Of a stretch of 64,000 bases of DNA, positions 8,165 to 14,688 are shown in pieces. A program made the position numbers and the translations under genes. Origin of the DNA: Parachlamydiales bacterium (lineage in GTDB: Bacteria; Chlamydiota; Chlamydiia; Chlamydiales; JAEYWL01); NCBI GenBank assembly GCA_020054065.1, contig JAGVLX010000021.1:17262-81261 (forward strand). The letters are read 5' to 3'. Position 1 is the stretch's first letter; each line of letters starts with the position of its first letter. The notes beneath the pieces were generated by a model. That model was given only the letters and a program-made list of their open reading frames with translations, was not told where the DNA came from and did not search any database.

Positions 8165-8824
8165 ATGCCTACAAGAAAATCCTCAAATCGTTCGCGCCAA
8201 TTAACTGGACGCGGATCCCCCACTACCTCGAGACAAGCTTCCACTCCCAACCGTGGAAGGACGTCTGCGCAGAAAAATACAACTTCAGGGCGATCTTCAA
8301 CACAACGGGGACAAACAAATCGTTCTAATGCTCAAGGCGGAAATCGCTCCCAAAGTAGAAGTCGTCAAGAATCCGGTAGAACGGGAACATCGCGTTGGGA
8401 ACGAGACGATGAAAATAGGATGGATCAAAGTGGTCGTGGAGGAACTCAAAGAAGAGCGCAAAATGTAACAGAAAATAGACGTGGAAGTAACGTGAACACG
8501 CGTGGCAGAAACTTTGGTTATGAAAACCCAGGCAGACAGCGTCCAAGAAAAGACACAGAAAGAGCGCAAGATCGCTTCCAACAAACTGAAAGACAAAACG
8601 CGCAAGGAAGAAGAAATCCTGAGTTTGGTCAATACGATATTGAATTTGAAGAGGATTTTCAAGAAGAGAGAAATCCGCGCCAAAGAGGCGAGATGCGCAG
8701 TCAAAACCAGCGTTCGGGGAGACAAGGACAAGAAACGGGCTGGGGCGAATTAAGTGAAGAATATGATGAAGAGGGCGAGTATACTCCTTCAAATAGAAGA
8801 ACTGCCTCTAGTCGCAGAAGATAA
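8165..8824 (+). CDS. Intrinsically disordered R/S/T/Q/N/G-rich protein with an acidic C-terminal region (219 aa), paralog-like to 381..1247
   Basis: ATG with AAGGAGG 6 nt upstream. The N-terminus MPTRKSSNRSRQ parallels MTTRRSTSRSTS of the 288-aa protein. A strong terminator follows. Confidence 0.7.
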   Translation: MPTRKSSNRSRQLTGRGSPTTSRQASTPNRGRTSAQKNTTSGRSSTQRGQTNRSNAQGGNRSQSRSRQESGRTGTSRWERDDENRMDQSGRGGTQRRAQNVTENRRGSNVNTRGRNFGYENPGRQRPRKDTERAQDRFQQTERQNAQGRRNPEFGQYDIEFEEDFQEERNPRQRGEMRSQNQRSGRQGQETGWGELSEEYDEEGEYTPSNRRTASSRRR

Positions 8825-8844
8825 AATGAAATTCCCATGTTGGT

Positions 8845-8882
8845 CGGAAAAATGACTTAAGTCATTTTTCCGATTTTTTTTA
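8845..8882 (+). terminator. Rho-independent terminator
   Basis: Perfect 28-nt palindrome cggaaaaatgactt/aagtcatttttccg (8845-8872) followed by a T-run (8874-8882). Confidence 0.7.
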
Positions 8883-8890
8883 AGGGCTTT

Positions 8891-9757
8891 ATGAAAACAG
8901 AAAAAAAGACAAAGAAGAGAAAACCTCAACACCAGCGTCCCCCTGGCATCCAATCCAAAATGCAGCCCATCCCGCATCCCGAAAAAGATTCATCCAGAGG
9001 AAGTGACAAGCTTTTAAATAAAGTAGCGATCATCACGGGAGGAGACAGCGGGATTGGAAGAGCAGTCGCGGTTGAATTTGCCAAAGAAGGGGCAAATGTC
9101 GTTGTCGTTTATTTAAAAGAGCATGCTGATGCAAAGGAAACGCAAAAATTAGTAGAGCAAAAAGGAAGAGAATGCCTTTTAATCTCTGGAGATGTGGGGA
9201 AAGAATCGTTTTGCAAAACGATTGTTCACCAAACAATCCAACAATTCGAAAAAATCGATATTCTTATTAATAATGCAGCAGAGCAGCATCCTCAAAAATC
9301 TCTTTTAGCGATTACTGAAAAGCAACTTGAACGGACATTTAGAACGAATATCTTTTCCTATTTCTTTTTGACTAAAGCAGCGTTGCCGCATCTTCAAAAA
9401 ACACGTGGTGTCATCGTTAACACCACATCTGTCACGGCATATCGCGGAAGCGATCACCTATTAGATTATTCAGCAACGAAAGGAGCCATTGTTTCCTTCA
9501 CACGGTCGCTCTCTCTTGCGCTTATAGATAAAGGAATACGAGTAAATGGAGTAGCCCCTGGACCGATTTGGACACCACTCATTCCTTCTACCTTTCCCCC
9601 GAAAAAGGTAGCGACATTTGGTTCCGATGTGCCCATGAAACGAGCGGGAGATCCTTCAGAAGTCGCTCCCTGTTATGTTTTTCTTGCTTCGGATGATTCT
9701 TCATATATCTCCGGACAGATTTTGCATCCTAATGGCGGCGAAATCATCAACACCTAG
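8891..9757 (+). CDS. SDR-family oxidoreductase of the YghA/YdaD/YhdF (general stress protein 39) type, 288 aa
   Basis: N-terminal PPGIQSKMQPIP, TGGDSGIGRA, YSATKGA and a C-terminal region all align by eye with E. coli YghA. Confidence 0.9.
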   Translation: MKTEKKTKKRKPQHQRPPGIQSKMQPIPHPEKDSSRGSDKLLNKVAIITGGDSGIGRAVAVEFAKEGANVVVVYLKEHADAKETQKLVEQKGRECLLISGDVGKESFCKTIVHQTIQQFEKIDILINNAAEQHPQKSLLAITEKQLERTFRTNIFSYFFLTKAALPHLQKTRGVIVNTTSVTAYRGSDHLLDYSATKGAIVSFTRSLSLALIDKGIRVNGVAPGPIWTPLIPSTFPPKKVATFGSDVPMKRAGDPSEVAPCYVFLASDDSSYISGQILHPNGGEIINT

Positions 9758-10196
9758 TCGTCATCTGAAAAACATGAATTGTTTTTGATCGAGCATCAGC
9801 GAGATCCCAGACTATTTGTGCCGGGCTTGCAGCCCTCGACCAAATTTTTGATCTGCATCCCAGCCCTGCACTCGCTTCGCACGTTTGGACTGGGCTATAA
9901 AACTGCCGGACCTTCGGTCCTCATGAATCGCGAGTTTCTTGCAGATTCCAGAGCACCGCAGGGGCGGTCATTTGCTCTGACTGGTACTCTTTCACTCGTG
10001 CCAACTCCGAAGGTCCGAAGGACCGACAATTTTAAAGCCTAGTCCGCAGTGAGCGTAGCGAACGGAGGGCTAGGTAAAAGATAAAATCGGATTGAGCCCT
10101 GTAAGGACGGCACAAAGACAAACCCTCACTGAATTAGCTTGATGCGTATGTGCAGAGCACCGTACTCCAAAAGTACGCTGCGCGCACGGTAAATGT
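9758..10196. repeat. Hairpin-dense, comparatively GC-rich non-coding block at a convergent gene junction
   Basis: Many local stems (ggacc-ttc-ggtcc, ggtcc-gaa-ggacc, accgc-aggg-gcggt, cgtact-ccaaa-agtacg, cctag...ctagg). Also an 11-nt long-range inverted repeat cggaccttcgg (9907-9917) / ccgaaggtccg (10007-10017). Confidence 0.5.
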
Positions 10197-10436
10197 TTAA
10201 TGGACTAACTCGTGATTTTGGTTAAACTCTACCGGCCGGCCGGTTTTTAATTCTTCTTTCCTTTGAGGAAAAGGTGCGTTTCTCTTTTTTTCCAGCTCGA
10301 CAAGAGCTTTTTCAAGCGCTTCTTCTGTCATGGATGCGATTGTGAGCCCAGGAGTCCAGTAGACTGCATTTCTTACGCGTTCAATAAGGTCCAAAGAGAG
10401 ATGGATTGTGATTCTTTGTTTTACAGTTTTTGGCAT
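10197..10436 (-). CDS. Ribbon-helix-helix (CopG/ParG-like) DNA-binding protein, 79 aa
   Basis: The pattern RITIHLSLDLIERVRNAVYWTPGLTIASMTEEALEKALVELE is a typical RHH fold. The tail PFPQRKEELKTGRP recalls small ParA-partner centromere binders (from memory). No ParA gene is adjacent. Confidence 0.55.
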   Translation of the reverse strand: MPKTVKQRITIHLSLDLIERVRNAVYWTPGLTIASMTEEALEKALVELEKKRNAPFPQRKEELKTGRPVEFNQNHELVH

Positions 10437-10451
10437 ATTCTCACTTCAATT

Positions 10452-10766
10452 TTATGTTTTGCTTTCATCAGGTAATTTTTTAATGATTTGTTTAAAATCC
10501 TCCCACTTTAAAGCTGGCCATACTTCGACGGACGCGTGACCGAATGACCTTACAAGAGATGAAACTTTAAATGCGGTTTCCAAATCGTTTGCTTCAAAAA
10601 TATCCACATAATCGTAATCGGAAAAGGTGGCGTAGTTCGCAAGCCATTTCACCTCGGGACACACTTTTTTTATCTTTGCTTCTACTTGTTGCTGAAGTTC
10701 AATAAGGGTTTGCTTAGAAGGATGAACTTCTTTTCCAATTAGCCTTGTTAACATAATGTAGATCAT
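10452..10766 (-). CDS. GYD-domain protein (104 aa)
   Basis: MIYIMLTRL... then SDYDYVDIFEANDLETAFKVSSLVRSFGHASVEVWPAL, which matches the GYD family pattern (G-Y-D, apd.e.a, s.G...t.T). Confidence 0.7.
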   Translation of the reverse strand: MIYIMLTRLIGKEVHPSKQTLIELQQQVEAKIKKVCPEVKWLANYATFSDYDYVDIFEANDLETAFKVSSLVRSFGHASVEVWPALKWEDFKQIIKKLPDESKT

Positions 10767-11031
10767 CTATCCCTCTCCTAAATTGATTTGGATAGGATTA
10801 AATAAACGGAGATCGTTTGTATACTATTCAAATATACAAAATTGGCAGGGATGCGGTGTTGATTTAGTCTCTGTGTTTTTAAGCATCTATTCACCTAGTT
10901 TGGTTTGTAAAAACTTAAACCGAGCGTAACACCTAAAAAATAATGAATTTACCTAATCACATGTTATATGCATTAGGTTAATAAAAAAACATTTTTTGGC
11001 AAGATTTTTTTGAGTACATCTTGCGTGAAAG

Positions 11032-11370
11032 CTATCTATTTTCAACCGCTATACGATTAAAAACTGCATTCACACCATCGGTTGCCCGAATTGTACTAAG
11101 CACTTTCTCAGCATCTTCAGAGCTTTGAACAGTGCCGGAAACCTCAACATCACCATTTTTTGTACTGATGGCGATGGAATCATAACCTTGTAAGCCTTCT
11201 TGCTTCAAGCGGTCGCGGATGCGTGCATTGATCACACGATCGGAATCAGTTAGGGAAAAATCTTGGGACATCTCTTTTTTCGCCGGTACATCTTGCGGGC
11301 GAACATTCGTTTGAGCTATTAGCGATTGAGTGATCACTATCATCGCGGAGAGTAAAAACATTTTACGCAT
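11032..11370 (-). CDS. Secreted single-BON-domain protein (112 aa)
   Basis: Signal peptide MRKMFLLSAMIVITQSLIAQ. BON pattern ISTKNGDVEVSGTVQS...ATDGVNAVFNRIAV. Confidence 0.8.
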   Translation of the reverse strand: MRKMFLLSAMIVITQSLIAQTNVRPQDVPAKKEMSQDFSLTDSDRVINARIRDRLKQEGLQGYDSIAISTKNGDVEVSGTVQSSEDAEKVLSTIRATDGVNAVFNRIAVENR

Positions 11371-11498
11371 AGATCCTCTTGAAAAATGGGACTTTTGCTG
11401 TCGATCATATGTTTTTTTGAATTGCCTGCAAATTTTAATTATTAATCTGAAGGCGTATTAGACATATGTCTATCATAATAAGCATTTTATTGTAATTG

Positions 11499-11575
11499 TT
11501 CCACTCTGTGATCTCTGTGTTCTCTTCGGTTAATTACAATTTTTCACCACAGAGAACACAGAGATCCCAGTGGAA
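11499..11575. repeat. Word-repeat hairpin (CACAGAG/CACTGAG family), copy 1, 3' of the SDR gene
   Basis: Perfect 15-bp stem atctctgtgttctct (11511-11525) / agagaacacagagat (11551-11565), plus outer stem ttccact / agtggaa. Confidence 0.7.
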
Positions 11576-11591
11576 CCCCATGTCAAAAGGG

Positions 11592-12314
11592 CTACGTGTA
11601 GATCATTTTTTTGGTCATACCGCCATCGACGATGAAATTCTGTCCGGTCATAAATGAAGCGTTTTCGCTGATAAGAAATCCAACAATGGCTGCAATATCT
11701 TCAACAGTGCCTACTCGTCCGCAAGGGTGTTGTTGATGGTCAGATTTTTTTAACGGTGTATCTTCTGTATGAATCCATCCGGGACTGATGCAATTCACAC
11801 GAATCTCAGGTCCTAAGCTGATGGCAAGAGCATGCGTCAGGGATACAATGCCGCCCTTGGAAGCACTATAGGCTTCCGTGTTGGGTTCTGATTGCAGATA
11901 GCGTGTAGAAGCGATGTTAACGATGACACCTTTTTGTTTGCGTAACTCTGGAATTGCATGTTTGCAACACAGAAATGTTCCGGTTAAGTTAGCATCGATG
12001 GTTTTTTGCCACTCTTTCAGGGAGAGTTTTTCCGGTGCAGGACGTTTTTCTCCGATGACAATTCCTGCGTTATTGATGAGAACGTCTAATTTGCCAAAAC
12101 GAGCGATCGTCTGTTTGATCAGTTTAGATACAGCCGTTTCGCTGCTGATATTGGTTTTAATGTATAGGATTCTAGAACGATCCGTTTGAAGTGCTTTGTG
12201 AGAAGGAGTCACAACATCGGCAATGACAACGCGATCGTGTTGTTGAAGAAGATACTGTACAATACCGGCGCCGATCCCATTGGAGCCACCGGTCACAATG
12301 GCTACCCGTTGCAT
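11592..12314 (-). CDS. Classical SDR (3-oxoacyl-ACP reductase/glucose dehydrogenase-like), about 240 aa
   Basis: TGGSNGIGAG, NNAG and YSASKGG motifs. The ATG at 12314 with GAGGA upstream is preferred, because the upstream GTG extension overlaps the hppA terminator hairpin. Confidence 0.85.
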   Translation of the reverse strand: MQRVAIVTGGSNGIGAGIVQYLLQQHDRVVIADVVTPSHKALQTDRSRILYIKTNISSETAVSKLIKQTIARFGKLDVLINNAGIVIGEKRPAPEKLSLKEWQKTIDANLTGTFLCCKHAIPELRKQKGVIVNIASTRYLQSEPNTEAYSASKGGIVSLTHALAISLGPEIRVNCISPGWIHTEDTPLKKSDHQQHPCGRVGTVEDIAAIVGFLISENASFMTGQNFIVDGGMTKKMIYT

Positions 12315-12333
12315 AGCGTATTCCTCTGTAAAT

Positions 12334-12360
12334 TTGGAGCGCAGAGTCACTGCGCTCCAA
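12334..12360 (-). terminator. Hairpin 3' of hppA
   Basis: Perfect 11-bp stem ttggagcgcag / ctgcgctccaa with loop agtca, located 12 nt after the hppA stop. The U-tract is weak. Confidence 0.5.
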
Positions 12361-12371
12361 ATCTCAAGATA

Positions 12372-14456
12372 CTACGACACTGCCAACATAGCAAGCAGTA
12401 AGAGGGCAACAATATTGGCGATTTTGATCATGGGGTTAATCGCAGGTCCTGCTGTATCTTTGTACGGGTCTCCTACAGTATCCCCTGTCACTGCAGCTTT
12501 ATGTGCCTCAGAGCCCTTGCCTCCGAAGTGGCCATCTTCAATGTATTTTTTAGCATTATCCCATGCACCGCCTCCGGATGTCATAGAGATCGCCACAAAC
12601 AATCCGGTGACAACAGTACCTAGCAACATGGCTCCCACCGCAACAAACGCTTCGCTTTGTCCAGCGAAGTAGTTGATGGCGAAATAGAGCACAATCGGTG
12701 CAAAGACAGGCAGCAAGGATGGTAAAATCATCTCTTTAATCGCAGCTTTGGTCAGCAGATCCACTGCGCGTCCGTAGTTTGGACGGGCTTTCCCCTCCAT
12801 AATCCCAGGAATTTCTTTAAACTGGCGTCTGACTTCCACGACGACAGAACCTGCAGCGCGGCCGACAGCCATCATGCTTAAAGAACCGAAGAGATAGGGC
12901 AGCAAACCGCCCACAAACAGGCCGACAACGACATACGCATCTTGCAGCTGGAATTGCAACTGAAGATTAGGGAAGTAGTGAGTGAGGTCTTCGATAAAGG
13001 CTGCAAACAGTACGAGCGCCGCTAAACCAGCTGAACCGATAGCATACCCTTTGGTGACCGCTTTAGTCGTGTTCCCCACAGCATCCAGCGCATCCGTAGT
13101 TTTACGCACATCTGGCGGCAGGTTGGACATCTCTGCGATCCCGCCGGCGTTATCGGTGACAGGACCGTAGGCGTCGAGGGCAACAACCATTCCTGCCAAG
13201 GCCAGCATGGCGGTAGCAGCAACGGCAACACCCATCAAGTGGGCGTTTAAGTAGGAAATAAGAATCCCACCGCAGATGACCAAGACTGGTGCTGCAGTCG
13301 ATTCCATCGACACCGCTAAGCCTTGAATGATATTTGTCGCATGGCCTGTTGTCGAAGCTTTCGCGATGCTGCGCACAGGGCGGTGGGTTGTCGCGGTATA
13401 GTATTCCGTAATCCATACAATCAATCCGGTGACGCCGAGCCCTGCCAAGGCGCAATAAAACAAGTTAATCGGCTTATAGGCAATTCCATTGCTTTGGAAC
13501 ACCTGATCGGGATTGAACAAATATTTAGTGACGCCGAAGATGGCAAAGGCTGATAAGATCGCTGTCGCAAAGAATCCTTTGTAAAGGGCGCCCATGATAT
13601 TGTTTGAGCTGCCTAAGCGTACAAACAAAGTTCCGATAACGGAAGTGATGACGCAAACGCCGCCGATCAACAGCGGGTAGAGCATCATTGTTTCTTGCAC
13701 ATATTCTTTGAACAATGTCCCTGCCAGCAGCATGCAACCCACAATGGTCACCACATAGGTTTCGAAGAGATCGGCCGCCATGCCAGCACAATCCCCTACG
13801 TTGTCGCCAACGTTATCGGCAATCACAGCTGGGTTGCGTGGATCATCTTCCGGAATCCCCGCTTCAATTTTACCGACCAAGTCAGCACCGACGTCGGCGC
13901 CTTTGGTAAAAATACCGCCGCCAAGACGTGCAAAAATGGAAATTAAGGAGGCGCCAAATCCAAGCGCAACGAGGGCTTGCAAAATATGGTTCATCGGCAC
14001 GCCCTGAGATTTCAAGAAGACGTAGTAGATGGTGATGCCCAGCAGCGCCAAGCTGACAACGAGCAGCCCTGTGATCGCCCCGGATTTGAAGGCGATATCC
14101 AATGCAGGCTTAAGACCGCGGCGGGCAGCTTCAGCAGTGCGCACGTTAGCCCTTACTGAAACGTTCATCCCGATATATCCGGCAGCGCCTGATAGAATCG
14201 ATCCAATTAAAAAGGCGATTCCAACATAAGTTCCTAGTTTCCAAGTCAAAAAGGCAAAGATGAGGATCCCAACCACTGTTACAGTCTGATATTGGCGGTT
14301 CAGGTAAGCGCGCGCGCCCTCTTGAATCGCAGAGGCAATCTTTTGCATCTGCTCATTACCGGTGCTTTGGGAAAGGACAGACCGGATCAAATAAACCCCG
14401 TACAAGAGGGCAAAGATCCCGCATGCCACAACGATTCCGTATGAGTTAGCTATCAT
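12372..14456 (-). CDS. hppA: Membrane-bound H+-translocating pyrophosphatase, K+-independent signature (694 aa)
   Basis: Motifs [19 protein letters not shown] and [10 protein letters not shown]. As I recall, Lys and Thr at these positions mark K+-independent enzymes. About 16 TM helices. Confidence 0.95.
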   Translation of the reverse strand: MIANSYGIVVACGIFALLYGVYLIRSVLSQSTGNEQMQKIASAIQEGARAYLNRQYQTVTVVGILIFAFLTWKLGTYVGIAFLIGSILSGAAGYIGMNVSVRANVRTAEAARRGLKPALDIAFKSGAITGLLVVSLALLGITIYYVFLKSQGVPMNHILQALVALGFGASLISIFARLGGGIFTKGADVGADLVGKIEAGIPEDDPRNPAVIADNVGDNVGDCAGMAADLFETYVVTIVGCMLLAGTLFKEYVQETMMLYPLLIGGVCVITSVIGTLFVRLGSSNNIMGALYKGFFATAILSAFAIFGVTKYLFNPDQVFQSNGIAYKPINLFYCALAGLGVTGLIVWITEYYTATTHRPVRSIAKASTTGHATNIIQGLAVSMESTAAPVLVICGGILISYLNAHLMGVAVAATAMLALAGMVVALDAYGPVTDNAGGIAEMSNLPPDVRKTTDALDAVGNTTKAVTKGYAIGSAGLAALVLFAAFIEDLTHYFPNLQLQFQLQDAYVVVGLFVGGLLPYLFGSLSMMAVGRAAGSVVVEVRRQFKEIPGIMEGKARPNYGRAVDLLTKAAIKEMILPSLLPVFAPIVLYFAINYFAGQSEAFVAVGAMLLGTVVTGLFVAISMTSGGGAWDNAKKYIEDGHFGGKGSEAHKAAVTGDTVGDPYKDTAGPAINPMIKIANIVALLLLAMLAVS

Positions 14457-14506
14457 TGATTTTCCTTTTGTGGTGATAAAAAAAACATTTAATAATTGGT
14501 ATAAAT

Positions 14507-14535
14507 TTGATACTGCAAATCAGCAAATTTGTCAA
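14507..14535 (-). promoter_or_regulatory. Candidate sigma-70/66-type promoter for hppA
   Basis: On the minus strand: TTGACA-N17-TATCAA, about 50 nt upstream of the hppA ATG. Confidence 0.35.
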
Positions 14536-14572
14536 GGTAAGGCTGACTCCCCTCTTGCTTAGTTGTTCCCTA

Positions 14573-14671
14573 CACCACTGAGCCGCTGAGAACACTGAGA
14601 AGTCGTGAGAGGGGGAGTAACTCTTCTCAATTTTCTCCTATTTGCTCAGCGATCTCAGTGTCTCAGTGGTG
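14573..14671. repeat. Word-repeat hairpin (CACTGAG family), copy 2, 3' of the AAA+ gene
   Basis: Outer 10-bp stem caccactgag (14573-14582) / ctcagtggtg (14662-14671). The inner words cgctgag and acactgaga have complements present, but in permuted order. Confidence 0.65.
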
Positions 14672-14688
14672 ATCAATAAGCTTCTTGG

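Noticed and set aside
9779-10042. 87-aa plus-strand ORF in the ORF track
   Set aside because: It lies entirely within the hairpin-dense non-coding block, has no SD, and its translation is odd and unlike neighbouring genes. It is best explained as a chance open frame through palindromic DNA.
9758-10196. Possible known housekeeping ncRNA (RNase P RNA, tmRNA, SRP/4.5S, 6S) or a tRNA
   Set aside because: I looked on both strands for the conserved cores I know: GGAAAGTCCGGGC-type P4 sequence, a tmRNA tRNA-like end and tag ORF, the SRP GGAA-tetraloop helix-8 motif, and a GTTCGAATC T-loop. None was found. The region is kept only as an unclassified structured region.
12186-14229. Numerous 60-130-aa ORFs on both strands within hppA, and similar ones within rpsA (39130-40843) and nusA (40939-41927)
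   Set aside because: They overlap well-supported conserved genes, lack SD sequences, and have Arg/Cys/Ser-rich nonsense-like translations.
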